58,983 bases of DNA from an uncultured Flavobacteriales bacterium (GCA_963978445.1 CAXBRT010000001.1:1-58983); one strand, 5' to 3'; shown: positions 1 to 12,092, numbered from the stretch's first letter. Numbers and translations: made by a program. Notes: generated by a model not told the origin, from the sequence alone.

Positions 1-383
1 GCGGCAACCGGGTGGGCGATATCGGATATGCGATCCAGCGACACTGTGAAAGCCATGGCTATGGTGTCGTCCGCGAGCTCGTAGGGCACGGCCTTGGCAA
101 AAAGCTGCACGAAGACCCCCAAGTGCCTAACTATGGCAAACGGGGCAGCGGCAAACTCCTCCAAGACGGTATGGTGCTGGCCATTGAGCCGATGATCAAC
201 ATGGGCACCCACCGTGTTCGACAACTCAATGATGGCTGGTCCATCATCACGGGTGACAAGAAACCTTCAGCGCACTTTGAGCACGATGTCGCGTTAATCG
301 ATGGCCGTCCTGTAGTATTGAGCACCTTTGATTATATCTATGAAGCCTTGGGCATGCCTAAGAACGATCCTGTATTCAAATGA
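1..383 (+). CDS. map: Methionine aminopeptidase type I, C-terminal part (5' end outside window)
   Basis: The frame of ORF 12..383 stays open to the window edge (GNRVGDIGYAIQ...). VRELVGHGLG, LAIEPMIN and SAHFEHDV match the MetAP-I metal-ligand core. Confidence 0.9.
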   Translation, partial: GNRVGDIGYAIQRHCESHGYGVVRELVGHGLGKKLHEDPQVPNYGKRGSGKLLQDGMVLAIEPMINMGTHRVRQLNDGWSIITGDKKPSAHFEHDVALIDGRPVVLSTFDYIYEALGMPKNDPVFK

Positions 384-1147
384 TTCGCTGGGCCCTCAAA
401 TACATCCCTCGCCCTTGGCTCATACGCATGAGTGCGCTCGTGCGCCTATTGGGTCCCATCCTGTACGCGGGCAGTCGCTTTACCGATCCTATTGACGGTC
501 GGAGCTACCGAAAATTCCTCCCCTATGGCTATGGCGGTCGACTCCGCGAAAATGCGCTGAGTCCGGGTACCAATTCTTTGGAGCGCCATCGCTTGCTCTA
601 CCTCTATCTCCAGCGGTATACAGACTTCTTTGAGGCGCCTCTATCCGTTCTTCACATCGCGCCGGAGCAATGTTTCCACCAGCGATTTAAGGCCCAAAAG
701 AACCTCAACGTTCTAACTGCCGATATCGAGTCTCCATTGGCGGACATGCACTTCGATTTGCACCAAATTCCGCTCGAGGACAACCGATTTGACGTAGTTT
801 TCTGCAACCATGTCCTGGAGCATGTCACCGACGATGCACAATGCCTACGTGAGTTGTACCGCGTCATGAAGCCCGGCGGTTGGGGCATCTTTCAAGTGCC
901 CTGGGTTCCGGGCATCAAAGTCACTGATGAGGATCCGAGCATTACCGACCCTGCCGAGCGTGAACGCCGCTTCTTGCAATACGACCACGTGCGTCTTTAT
1001 GGAGCGGATTACCCAGAACGTCTCACCGCCGCTGGCTTCCAAGTTGAAAAAGTAGAGCTCTTTAAAACCCTCCCAAAGGCCGAGGTAGAGCGCTTTAGAC
1101 TGCCAGCTGATGAGCCGCTCTACGTGTGCCGAAAACTAGCTTCCTAA
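380..1147 (+). CDS. Class I SAM-dependent methyltransferase, substrate unknown
   Basis: 255-aa ORF. VLHIAPE, DVVFCNHVLEHV and YRVMKPGGWGIF resemble Methyltransf_11-type motifs. Its start overlaps the map stop in an ATGA. Confidence 0.7.
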   Translation: MIRWALKYIPRPWLIRMSALVRLLGPILYAGSRFTDPIDGRSYRKFLPYGYGGRLRENALSPGTNSLERHRLLYLYLQRYTDFFEAPLSVLHIAPEQCFHQRFKAQKNLNVLTADIESPLADMHFDLHQIPLEDNRFDVVFCNHVLEHVTDDAQCLRELYRVMKPGGWGIFQVPWVPGIKVTDEDPSITDPAERERRFLQYDHVRLYGADYPERLTAAGFQVEKVELFKTLPKAEVERFRLPADEPLYVCRKLAS

Positions 1148-1184
1148 CCTTGGAGCAAATACCCTTTCGGCGCCCTTGCCACAT

Positions 1185-1216
1185 AAAAAAAGCCGCCCTT
1201 TTGAGGCGGCTTTTTT
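1185..1216. terminator. Bidirectional rho-independent terminator between convergent genes
   Basis: AAAAAAAGCCGCC-cttttga-GGCGGCTTTTTT: a 7-bp GC stem flanked by an A-run and a T-run. Confidence 0.8.
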
Positions 1217-1231
1217 AGTACTAAGAGTCTT

Positions 1232-2029
1232 TTAGACCAGTGCAGCTAACTCAGCAGCCATCTTTTCTTCCTCTTCGCGGGCCAAAGCGGAATCTACCAG
1301 GATACGACCAGAGTGCTCGTCTACCATGATTTTCTTGCGCTGGGCAATTTCCATCTGACGCTGGGGAGGAATGGTGAAGTAAGAACCTGAAGCAGCACCA
1401 CGCTCAATGCTCACAATGGCCAAGCCATTGTTCACCTTCCCACGGATGCGGTTGTAGGCAGACAACAAGCGCTCATCGCCCAAGTTTTCTGATAAAGCAC
1501 TAGAACGCTCCAAAAGAACCGCCTCTTCCTTCTCAGTTTCTTTGATGATGGAGGCCAATTCACCTTGCTTGAATTCCAGGTGACCCTTGCGCTCCGCCAA
1601 TTTCTCTTGCACGCCCGTCAAAACAGATCCACGGTTTTCCACCGTAGCTTCAAATTCACGGATGTGCTTTTCTGCCAATTGAATTTCCAATTCTTGAAAC
1701 TCAATTTCCTTGGCAATGGCATCAAACTCGCGGTTGTTGCGGACGTTTTTCTGCTGCTCTTCGTACTTGCTAATTTTCTCCTGGCAGCCTTTGATCAATT
1801 GCTTGTGGCCTTTGATCTCCGTTTTTGCCGAGTTTACTTCTTCTTCAATACGGGCCAAACGGGTTTCCAAACCGGCGATTTCATCCTCCAGGTCTTGCAC
1901 CTCCAAGGGTAATTCACCGCGCAAGTTGCGGATCTCGTCAATGCGACGATCCACGATTTGCAAGTTGTACAAAGCGCGTAGTTTATCTTCTACCGTGGCC
2001 GTAGCCGCTTGAGTGGTCTTTTTTGCCAT
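1232..2029 (-). CDS. COG1579/DUF164-family coiled-coil protein with a cysteine-less C-terminal ribbon region
   Basis: 265 aa. A long heptad-rich E/K/Q/L region is followed by GLAIVSIERGAASGSYFTIPPQ...IMVDEHSGRILV, which aligns to the zinc-ribbon tail of this family with no Cys. Confidence 0.7.
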   Translation of the reverse strand: MAKKTTQAATATVEDKLRALYNLQIVDRRIDEIRNLRGELPLEVQDLEDEIAGLETRLARIEEEVNSAKTEIKGHKQLIKGCQEKISKYEEQQKNVRNNREFDAIAKEIEFQELEIQLAEKHIREFEATVENRGSVLTGVQEKLAERKGHLEFKQGELASIIKETEKEEAVLLERSSALSENLGDERLLSAYNRIRGKVNNGLAIVSIERGAASGSYFTIPPQRQMEIAQRKKIMVDEHSGRILVDSALAREEEEKMAAELAALV

Positions 2030-2030
2030 A

Positions 2031-3128
2031 TCAAATCGTGATCATGGGATTGGTAACCGACGTTGTTGTAAGGACGGCAAAATTAGGGAATTTCCGCCGA
2101 ATGTAATCGGCTAAAAGTGCAATCGTGAACTGCTCACTTTCCCAATGCCCTACATCCATCATGACAAGGGCGTTTTTTGCTTCAAAATAGCGGTGATAGG
2201 TAATGTCAGCGGTGAGGTAGACATCCGCCTTCTGGGCCACGGCATGAGGCAGTAAGTCTACACCGGCTCCCCCACAAAGGGCAACTTTTTGAACGGTGCT
2301 TCGGCATACTGGGCTATGTCTCAACGCCACGAGACCAAGGGTCTGCTTTACATGTCCCACAAAGTCTTCCCAAACCATCGGGGTATGAAGTTTACCAACC
2401 ACCCCATAGCCCACATCGTTTCGCGCATTTTCGACAGGAACCCAGGAATGTGCGACCACCTCATAGGGATGACAACGCTCCAAGGCCGCTTGTACCGCAT
2501 TTCGCGCCTCTACCGGGACCATAAAACTTTGCCGAACTTCCTCTACTGAGCTGCGCGTTCCCACACTCCCGGTATGTGGCTGTGCACCTTCCAAAGGCCG
2601 AAAAGTCCCTGTGCCAGGACTAGAAAAATGGCATTCATCGTACGCGCCAATCTTCCCAGCACCCGCGGCGAAGAGCCCTTCGGCCACTTCGGCCGCTTTC
2701 TCCTTTGGCGTGTAGACCGTCAATTCCAACAAGCTCTCTGTACGAGGTTCTAATATTCGCAAGCCGGTTAGCCCAAGGCGCTCCGCAAGCGCATGGCTCA
2801 CGCCTCCATCAATGCTATCTAGGTTGGTATGGGCCGCATAGAGGGCCACGTTGTGGTGCAGGGCTAGCATAACGCAGCGCTCGACTTCGGTGTGACCTAT
2901 AAGACGCTTGAGCCCTTTGAAAATAATGGGGTGATGCGTCAAAACCACGTTACAGCCCTTTTCAATCGCCTCCAAGATGACTTCTTCCGTCACATCCAGG
3001 GCGACCAGTACGCCTGTCGCCTCTTGCTCCGGCTCCCCGACCAGCAATCCCGAATTGTCATAGCTCGCCTGCAGCGCCAAAGGCGCCCAGGCCTCCAAGG
3101 CCTGTGCAATATTTTTTACCGTTACCAT
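2031..3128 (-). CDS. Nif3-like dinuclear metal centre protein (GTP cyclohydrolase 1 type 2 homologue)
   Basis: 365 aa. SYDNSGLLVG, VLTHHPIIFKG, YAAHTNLD and ADITYH...DVGHWESE are typical of the NIF3 family with an inserted middle domain. Confidence 0.85.
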   Translation of the reverse strand: MVTVKNIAQALEAWAPLALQASYDNSGLLVGEPEQEATGVLVALDVTEEVILEAIEKGCNVVLTHHPIIFKGLKRLIGHTEVERCVMLALHHNVALYAAHTNLDSIDGGVSHALAERLGLTGLRILEPRTESLLELTVYTPKEKAAEVAEGLFAAGAGKIGAYDECHFSSPGTGTFRPLEGAQPHTGSVGTRSSVEEVRQSFMVPVEARNAVQAALERCHPYEVVAHSWVPVENARNDVGYGVVGKLHTPMVWEDFVGHVKQTLGLVALRHSPVCRSTVQKVALCGGAGVDLLPHAVAQKADVYLTADITYHRYFEAKNALVMMDVGHWESEQFTIALLADYIRRKFPNFAVLTTTSVTNPMITI

Positions 3129-3139
3129 GGTATGAAGAT

Positions 3140-3168
3140 AAAAAAAGGGCCACCCTTGCGGGTAGCCC
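3140..3168 (-). terminator. Rho-independent terminator of rpsA
   Basis: On the minus strand: GGGCUACCC-gcaa-GGGUGGCCC followed by U7. The single G:U pair exists only in the minus-strand RNA. Confidence 0.75.
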
Positions 3169-3190
3169 TCTCAAGTATAAAGGAAATGGA

Positions 3191-5188
3191 TTACTCGTTG
3201 TTCTCCATTTCTTCTTTCAAACGAGCCAAACTGTCAAGATCACCCAAGGTGGCCTTTTCAACGGCATTGTTCACAGCGCTTACGGCAGAAGATCCGCCTT
3301 TGTTGCCACCCTTGGACTTCTTGCCTCCTTCATTGCTGTCGGAAACTTGCTTGAACGATTGGGTGTGTGAAACGAGGATACGGCGGTTGTCGCGATTGAA
3401 CTCAATCACGACAAAGCCCAATTTCTCGCCCACAGCAATAGAAGAACCGTCTTCCTTAGACGCATGGCGTGCAGGACAGTACGCCTCCAACTCTTGGTCA
3501 GCAAACCATACATTGAAGCCCTTATCTGCTGCAGTCTTAACCTCGCCTTCGTGTGTGCTGCCTTCTTCAAATACAACCTCGTAGTTGTCCCATGGATTCT
3601 CAGAAACCTGCTTGTGGCCGAGGCTCAAGCGGCGGTTCTCTACGTCGATATCCAACACTTGAACGCCCAGCTCAGCGCCCACAGAGGTGAACTCTGAAGG
3701 ATGCTTCACTTTCTTGGTCCAAGAAAGGTCAGAGATGTGCACCAAACCATCGATACCCTCTTCCAACTCCAAGAACACACCGAAGTTGGTGAAGTTGCGC
3801 ACCTTACCGGTGTGGGTAGAACCTACAGGATACTTGCTGGTAATTTCAGACCAGGGGTCTGGAGTCAATTGCTTCACGCCCAAAGACATCTTGCGCTCTT
3901 CGCGGTCGATGCTGAGTACTACAGCTTCCACATCGTCGCCTGCCTTGTAGAAATCGTTGGCAGAACGGAGGTGTGAACCCCAGCTCATTTCGGACACGTG
4001 GATCAAGCCTTCTACACCTGGAGCGACTTCTACGAATGCACCATAGTCGGCCAAAACAACCACCTTACCCTTGATCTTGTCGCCGGCTGCCAAGTTGGCA
4101 TCCAACGCATCCCATGGATGAGCAAACAATTGCTTCAAGCCCAACTGGATACGCGTCTTAGCCTCATCGAAGTCGAGGATAACCACGTTGATCTTTTGAT
4201 CGAGCTCAACCACTTCAGAAGGATGGTTGATGCGGCTCCAAGACAAGTCGGTGATGTGCACCAAACCGTCCACGCCACCCAAGTCGATGAATACACCGTA
4301 GCTGGTGATGTTCTTGACAACGCCTTCCAAAACTTGGCCTTTTTCCAATTGGCCAATGATCTTGCGCTTTTGTTCTTCCAAATCCGCCTCGATGAGCGCC
4401 TTGTGAGAAACTACAACGTTCTTGAACTCGTGGTTGATTTTAACAATCTTGAATTCCATCGTCTTGTCTACGTAGATATCGTAGTCACGGATGGGCTTCA
4501 CGTCAATTTGTGATCCGGGCAAGAAGGCTTCCAAACCGAATACGTCTACGATCATACCACCTTTGGTACGGCATTTCACATAGCCTTGTACGATTTCTTC
4601 TGCGTCGAAGGCCTCGTTTACGCGGTCCCATGCTTTGATGGAGCGTGCCTTGCGGTGCGAAAGCACCAACTGGCCCAACTTGTCTTCCTGCTTGTCTACC
4701 AATACCTCTACGGTATCGCCTGCCTTCAGGTCAGGGTTGTAGCGGAATTCGTTCAGAGATACAACACCTTCTGACTTTGAACCGATGTCAATGATAACAT
4801 CACGGTCAGATAGGCTGATTACTTTACCTGAAACTACTTGGTGCTCTACAGAAGTCACGAGGGTGTCCTCGTACATCTTTTCCATCGCCAAAACAGCTTC
4901 AGACTTTACTTTAGAACCGGCTTCGTAGGCGTCCCAATCGAATGGAGCTTCCTCCTCGTCAGATTCCAATACCAATTCTTCTTCGTCGCCCTCTTCTTCC
5001 TCAGACGCTTCAACGTCGTTCTTGGCAGCTTTCTTAGGGGCTTTCTTCTCCTTTACAGGAGCTTCCTCTGCAACGACTTCTTCCGTAGCATCCTCGGTGG
5101 ACGCTTCTACAGTTTCCGTTACTTCTACAGGGGTTTCTAGGGTTTCAAGCTCTTCCGCTTGAACTTCAGGCTTGGTCGATTTGGCCAT
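3191..5188 (-). CDS. rpsA: 30S ribosomal protein S1 with an ~80-aa acidic N-terminal extension
   Basis: Six S1-type repeats (G.V....G..VD.G..G.....). FDWDAYEAG aligns with the usual N-terminus of Bacteroidota S1. I chose the start at MAKSTK (5188); the ORF also has an in-frame ATG at 5236. Confidence 0.93.
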   Translation of the reverse strand: MAKSTKPEVQAEELETLETPVEVTETVEASTEDATEEVVAEEAPVKEKKAPKKAAKNDVEASEEEEGDEEELVLESDEEEAPFDWDAYEAGSKVKSEAVLAMEKMYEDTLVTSVEHQVVSGKVISLSDRDVIIDIGSKSEGVVSLNEFRYNPDLKAGDTVEVLVDKQEDKLGQLVLSHRKARSIKAWDRVNEAFDAEEIVQGYVKCRTKGGMIVDVFGLEAFLPGSQIDVKPIRDYDIYVDKTMEFKIVKINHEFKNVVVSHKALIEADLEEQKRKIIGQLEKGQVLEGVVKNITSYGVFIDLGGVDGLVHITDLSWSRINHPSEVVELDQKINVVILDFDEAKTRIQLGLKQLFAHPWDALDANLAAGDKIKGKVVVLADYGAFVEVAPGVEGLIHVSEMSWGSHLRSANDFYKAGDDVEAVVLSIDREERKMSLGVKQLTPDPWSEITSKYPVGSTHTGKVRNFTNFGVFLELEEGIDGLVHISDLSWTKKVKHPSEFTSVGAELGVQVLDIDVENRRLSLGHKQVSENPWDNYEVVFEEGSTHEGEVKTAADKGFNVWFADQELEAYCPARHASKEDGSSIAVGEKLGFVVIEFNRDNRRILVSHTQSFKQVSDSNEGGKKSKGGNKGGSSAVSAVNNAVEKATLGDLDSLARLKEEMENNE

Positions 5189-5205
5189 GCGCTTGTTTGC
5201 TTGTA

Positions 5206-5241
5206 TTCTGATGGCTTTGCAGGCTTCAGCGCCCATCAGAA
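5206..5241 (-). promoter_or_regulatory. Hairpin in the rpsA 5' leader
   Basis: Perfect 9-bp inverted repeat TTCTGATGG/CCATCAGAA with an 18-nt loop, ending 17 nt upstream of the chosen ATG. The stem contains the upstream in-frame ATG (5236). Confidence 0.4.
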
Positions 5242-5247
5242 GGAGTC

Positions 5248-5302
5248 AAAAAAAAAGCAGTCCTTTTGGGCGCCTGCAAAAACGCTTCCCAAAAAGGACT
5301 GC
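5248..5302 (-). terminator. Rho-independent terminator of gltA
   Basis: On the minus strand: GCAGTCCTTTT, a 24-nt loop, AAAAGGACTGC, then T9. It begins 36 nt after the gltA stop. Confidence 0.7.
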
Positions 5303-5309
5303 AAAAATA
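5302..5309 (-). promoter_or_regulatory. Candidate Bacteroidota -7 box (TATTTTTG) for rpsA
   Basis: Matches TAnnTTTG. The following bases give TTTGCAGTCC, identical to the rpsL promoter candidate. No clear -33 TTG. Confidence 0.4.
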
Positions 5310-5337
5310 AGGTAAAATCCTGATTTACACAGGAAAA

Positions 5338-6648
5338 TTACGCGTTCTCAAACCGCTTTTTCAGCAATTCCGTCGTGGTTGAGCCCGGGCGTTCCAAAGG
5401 CATCGCCAAAGCACGGTCCCAAATGAGGTTGGTTAGCGTACCGATGGCCCGTGAAACGCCGAACAATACCGTGTAAAAGTCATACTCCACAAGGCCGTAA
5501 TGCATGAGCAATTGACCGGAATGGGCATCCACGTTTGGCCAAGGATTTTTCACCTTCCCCGTGGCCTCCAAAATACCAGGTACCACCTCGTAAATGGTGC
5601 TAATCACCTGGAACAAGGGGTCTTCGGGCATGTGCTTCAAGGCAAATTCGCGCTGTGCTTCGTAACGAGGATCCGTTTTGCGCAATACCGCGTGCCCAAA
5701 TCCAGGAATCACCTTACCGCCATTCAGTGTGTCGTGACAGTACTGCGTGATTTGTTCTTTGGTCGGCTGTTCGCTTCCGATAGACTCCATCATTTCAAGG
5801 GTCCACTTGATGACCTCTTGGTTTGCCAATCCGTGCAGAGGACCTGCTAGGCCGTTCATGCCTGCGGCAAAACTCTGGTAGGCATCGGACAAAGCTGAAC
5901 CGACCAAGTGAACGGTATGCGCAGAGACGTTACCGCCTTCGTGGTCCGAGTGGATGGTCATGTACAAGCGCATCAACTCGCGGAACTCTTCGTTGTCGTA
6001 CCCGAGCATATGCGCAAAATTGCCCGCCCAATCCAATTTGGTATCGGGTTCAATGTGCTCGCCGTTTTTGTAGGCGCGGCGATAGATATACGCCGCAATA
6101 CGTGGCAAGCGCGCGATCAAATTCATCGCATCTTCATACGTTGTCTCCCAGTACTCCGACTTGTGAACGCCCGCGGCATAGGCCCTGGCAAATTCACTTT
6201 CCGTGCGTAGGGCCATGATTCCCACCACAAATTGCGTCATGGGATGGGTATAGCTTGGCAGGGCATCTATAGCCTTGAAAACGTGAGGAGGAACAATGGC
6301 GCGACGGGCCCAGTTGTTGCTCACTCGGCGAACGTCTTCATCCGTAGGAAGTTCATTCATCAAAATGAGGTAGAACAAACCCTCGGGCAGCGGCTCCTCA
6401 GACCCCGGGTAGGCAGGGAGAAGCTTTTGAAGCTCCGGGATGCTATATCCGCGGAAACGGATACCTTCTTCTGGGTCCAACTTGCTCGTTTCACAAATCA
6501 ACGCCAGCATGCCACGCATGCCTTGGTAGATTTGGCTCACCTTAATATCCCCAATGGTCTTTTCGCCGTGTTCTGCCAAAAAGGCCTTTACATCGGCTTG
6601 AGCCGCGGGGATTTTAGTGGCAAAATGCTCTCGAATACGATCCATCAC
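5338..6648 (-). CDS. gltA: Citrate synthase
   Basis: 436 aa. [13 protein letters not shown] and [13 protein letters not shown] are active-site motifs. Start could be either of two adjacent Met codons (6648 or 6645). Confidence 0.95.
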   Translation of the reverse strand: MMDRIREHFATKIPAAQADVKAFLAEHGEKTIGDIKVSQIYQGMRGMLALICETSKLDPEEGIRFRGYSIPELQKLLPAYPGSEEPLPEGLFYLILMNELPTDEDVRRVSNNWARRAIVPPHVFKAIDALPSYTHPMTQFVVGIMALRTESEFARAYAAGVHKSEYWETTYEDAMNLIARLPRIAAYIYRRAYKNGEHIEPDTKLDWAGNFAHMLGYDNEEFRELMRLYMTIHSDHEGGNVSAHTVHLVGSALSDAYQSFAAGMNGLAGPLHGLANQEVIKWTLEMMESIGSEQPTKEQITQYCHDTLNGGKVIPGFGHAVLRKTDPRYEAQREFALKHMPEDPLFQVISTIYEVVPGILEATGKVKNPWPNVDAHSGQLLMHYGLVEYDFYTVLFGVSRAIGTLTNLIWDRALAMPLERPGSTTTELLKKRFENA

Positions 6649-6654
6649 AAAGGG

Positions 6655-9038
<2,384 letters not shown>

Positions 9039-9061
9039 ATACAGGTATTTACGTTTAGACA

Positions 9062-9094
9062 CAAAAAAAGGATAAGAGCGAACCCTTATCCTTT
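9062..9094 (-). terminator. Rho-independent terminator of rplQ (end of the ribosomal array)
   Basis: On the minus strand: AAAGGATAAG, an 8-nt loop, CTTATCCTTT, then TTTT. Confidence 0.75.
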
Positions 9095-9127
9095 GCAAGT
9101 TAGAAGAGAATTCACGCTTTTACTCGT

Positions 9128-9655
9128 TTATTCTGCCTCGTGTTCGTTATTTTCAGCTGGAGCCGCGTCTGCACTTTCAGCCGCCTCTTCAGCCACCACT
9201 TCCGCGGGTGCTGCAGCAGGAGCTTCCGTTCCTACCGTCGCCTTCTTGCTACGACGGGTAGACTTCTTCGCTTCCTTCTTTTCATTGCCGTAGATATCGT
9301 TGAAATCCACCAACTCAATCATGCACATTTCGGCGTTGTCACCCAAACGGTTGCCCGTCTTGATGATGCGTGTGTACCCACCTGGACGATCCCCCACCTT
9401 CACAGCCACTTCACGGAAAAGTTCCGCAACGGCTTCTTTGTTCTGAAGGTAGCTGAATACCATACGACGGTTGTGCGTGCTATCTACTTTAGAACGGGTC
9501 ACCAAAGGCTCCACGTACTTCTTCAATTCTTTTGCTTTCGCTACCGTAGTGTTGATGCGCTTATGGGTAATCAAAGAGGCAGCCATGTTGCTCAACATCG
9601 CTTTGCGGTGTGAAGCCGTGCGGCCCAAATGATTAAATTTTTTGCCGTGTCTCAT
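9128..9655 (-). CDS. rplQ: 50S ribosomal protein L17 with an Ala/Glu-rich C-terminal tail
   Basis: [21 protein letters not shown] is the L17 N-terminus. Gene follows rpoA. Confidence 0.97.
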   Translation of the reverse strand: MRHGKKFNHLGRTASHRKAMLSNMAASLITHKRINTTVAKAKELKKYVEPLVTRSKVDSTHNRRMVFSYLQNKEAVAELFREVAVKVGDRPGGYTRIIKTGNRLGDNAEMCMIELVDFNDIYGNEKKEAKKSTRRSKKATVGTEAPAAAPAEVVAEEAAESADAAPAENNEHEAE

Positions 9656-9661
9656 TGCAAA

Positions 9662-10654
9662 TTATTCCTTATCCAGTTTGTATTTGGTGGTATCCATGCC
9701 GAAAGAAAGGCCCAAGTGGGCAACTAGATCTTCCAACTCCGTCAAAGACTTCTTACCGAAGTTGCGGAACTTCATCAAATCCGCTTTCGTGTATGAAACC
9801 AAGTCGGCTACCGTCTCAACTTCCGCTGCCTTCAAGCAGTTCAAGGCGCGAACGCTCAATTCGAGTTCCGTCAGTGGCTTGAGCAACAATTTGCGCATTT
9901 CCATGACTTCTTCATCGTAGCTCTCTACTTCCTGAACGGGCTCCGCATCGGGAATCATGCGCTCATCCGTGAAGAGCAAGAAGTGCTGGATCAAGATTTG
10001 AGCGGCATCCGTCAAGGCATCCTGAGGAACTATGCTGCCGTCCGTGTGGATTTCCAAGATCAACTTCTCAAAGTCGGTCTTCTGCTCAACGCGGAAGTTT
10101 TCAATGCTGTAGTTTACGTTCTTGATGGGGGTGTAAATCGCATCCAAGGCGATGGTTCCCAAAGCTGCGTCTACTTTCTTGTTCTCTTCAGCAGGAACAT
10201 AGCCGCGGCCCTTTTCAATGGTCAACTCCATTTCGACCTTCACAGAAGCGTCGAGGTGGCAAAGAACCATATCTGGGTTTAAAACTTGGAAATTGGCCAT
10301 GAATGAACCGAGGTCGCCCGCGGTCAATTGGTCCTTGCCCGTGAAGTTCACTTTCACCACTTCAGCATCTGCTGAATCGATTTGACGCTTCAAACGAACT
10401 TGCTTCAAGTTCAAGACAATTTCCGTTACGTCTTCAACGACTCCTTTGATGGTCGAAAACTCGTGGTCGACTCCAGAGATACGAACCGAAGTGAAGGCGA
10501 AACCTTCCAAAGAGTTCAGAAGAACGCGGCGCAAGGCATTTCCTACCGTCAAGCCATACCCTGGCTCCAACGGACGGAATTCAAACTGTCCGTGTGTATC
10601 AGTCGTTGCGTTGACAATAACCTTCTCAGGCTTTTGGAATTGAAGAATAGCCAT
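9662..10654 (-). CDS. rpoA: DNA-directed RNA polymerase alpha subunit
   Basis: 330 aa. GNALRRVLL in the N-terminal domain and [12 protein letters not shown] in the alpha-CTD. Confidence 0.98.
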   Translation of the reverse strand: MAILQFQKPEKVIVNATTDTHGQFEFRPLEPGYGLTVGNALRRVLLNSLEGFAFTSVRISGVDHEFSTIKGVVEDVTEIVLNLKQVRLKRQIDSADAEVVKVNFTGKDQLTAGDLGSFMANFQVLNPDMVLCHLDASVKVEMELTIEKGRGYVPAEENKKVDAALGTIALDAIYTPIKNVNYSIENFRVEQKTDFEKLILEIHTDGSIVPQDALTDAAQILIQHFLLFTDERMIPDAEPVQEVESYDEEVMEMRKLLLKPLTELELSVRALNCLKAAEVETVADLVSYTKADLMKFRNFGKKSLTELEDLVAHLGLSFGMDTTKYKLDKE

Positions 10655-10657
10655 GGC

Positions 10658-11266
10658 TTATTTCGAGTAGAGTTCGACAATCAATTGCTCCTTAATGTTC
10701 TCAGGGATCATGTCACGAGAAGGAACGCTATCAAACGTACCTGTCATCGTGGCGTCGTTCCAGGTTACCCAGCCATATTGATTAGCTGAGGTACCGGTCA
10801 ATGAGGCCGTGATAACCTCCAAGGTCTTTGACTTTTCGCGGACCGAAATAACATCACCAGGCTTCACTTGCATAGAAGGAATGTTACAAACCTCTCCATT
10901 TACCGTGATGTGACGGTGGGAAACCAACTGACGAGCAGCGCGTCGCGTGGGAGCTACGCCCAAACGATACACCACGTTGTCCAAACGGCTTTCGCACAAC
11001 TGGAGCAACACTTCACCGGTTACACCTTTAGAACGTGAAGCACGATCAAACAAGATGCGGAACTGACGCTCCAAAATACCGTAGGTGTACTTTGCTTTTT
11101 GCTTTTCAGCCAACTGAATAGAATACTCGGACTTCTTGCCGCGCTTGCGCTGAAAACCGTGCTGCCCCGGAGGGTAGTTACGCTTCTCCAACGCGCGATC
11201 AGGACCAAAAATGGGTTCACCAAATCGGCGGGCAATTTTAGTAAGGGGACCTCTATAACGTGCCAT
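10658..11266 (-). CDS. rpsD: 30S ribosomal protein S4
   Basis: MARYRGP..K..RR start and an S4 RNA-binding domain ([10 protein letters not shown]). Confidence 0.98.
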   Translation of the reverse strand: MARYRGPLTKIARRFGEPIFGPDRALEKRNYPPGQHGFQRKRGKKSEYSIQLAEKQKAKYTYGILERQFRILFDRASRSKGVTGEVLLQLCESRLDNVVYRLGVAPTRRAARQLVSHRHITVNGEVCNIPSMQVKPGDVISVREKSKTLEVITASLTGTSANQYGWVTWNDATMTGTFDSVPSRDMIPENIKEQLIVELYSK

Positions 11267-11286
11267 TTCTTTCTCTCAGTTAAAAA

Positions 11287-11685
11287 TTATACGCGACGGC
11301 GCTTGGGTGGACGGCAACCATTGTGAGGAATGGGCGTGATATCCACGATTTCCGTCACTTCAATACCGCTGTTGTTCAAACTGCGGATGGCGCTTTCACG
11401 ACCATTACCGGGTCCTTTAACATAGACCTTCACCTTGCGCAGGCCGGCTTCAACAGCAACTCCAGCAGCATTTTCAGCAGCCATCTGAGCGGCGTAGGGC
11501 GTGTTCTTTTTGGAACCACGGAAGCCCATTTTACCGGCAGAAGACCAGGAGATTACTTGACCTTGCGTATTGGTCAAAGCGATGATGATGTTGTTGAAGG
11601 TAGAAGTTACGTGAGCTTCCCCCACGGCTTCCACTTTAACCTTGCGCTTTTTCGTCGTCTTGGTAGACTTGGTAGACTTAGCCAT
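11287..11685 (-). CDS. rpsK: 30S ribosomal protein S11
   Basis: [18 protein letters not shown] and [13 protein letters not shown]. Confidence 0.98.
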   Translation of the reverse strand: MAKSTKSTKTTKKRKVKVEAVGEAHVTSTFNNIIIALTNTQGQVISWSSAGKMGFRGSKKNTPYAAQMAAENAAGVAVEAGLRKVKVYVKGPGNGRESAIRSLNNSGIEVTEIVDITPIPHNGCRPPKRRRV

Positions 11686-11695
11686 CAGTTATGGA

Positions 11696-12073
11696 TTATT
11701 TCGTTGCCTTCTTCTTGTTTGCAACCGTCTTACGCTTACCCTTACGAGTACGCGAGTTGTTCTTGGTGCGCTGACCACGAAGGGGCAGACCCAGACGGTG
11801 ACGGATACCGCGTTGGCATCCAATGTCCATCAATCGCTTGATGTTCATTTGTGTTTCGGAACGGAGTTCACCTTCCACTTTTACATTGTCGGTGATCCAG
11901 TTACGGATGTCCTGCAGTTGATCATCGGTCCAGTCTTGGACTTTGATGTTAAAATCAACCCCAGCCGCTGTGAGGATTTCACGCGAACGGGAACGACCAA
12001 TTCCGTAGATATAGGTCAGACCAATTTCTCCACGCTTGTTTTTCGGGAGGTCTATGCCAGCTATTCTCGCCAT
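11696..12073 (-). CDS. rpsM: 30S ribosomal protein S13
   Basis: [10 protein letters not shown] start and [14 protein letters not shown]. Confidence 0.98.
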   Translation of the reverse strand: MARIAGIDLPKNKRGEIGLTYIYGIGRSRSREILTAAGVDFNIKVQDWTDDQLQDIRNWITDNVKVEGELRSETQMNIKRLMDIGCQRGIRHRLGLPLRGQRTKNNSRTRKGKRKTVANKKKATK

Positions 12074-12092
12074 TTCTTCTTTCTAAATGGGT

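Noticed and set aside
9039-9098. The N-terminal 20 codons of the carA track ORF (MQRIRVRSYPFFVSKRKYLY).
   Set aside because: This stretch contains the rplQ terminator hairpin and T-run. Conserved CarA sequence begins at MSSKAFVLLQDG.
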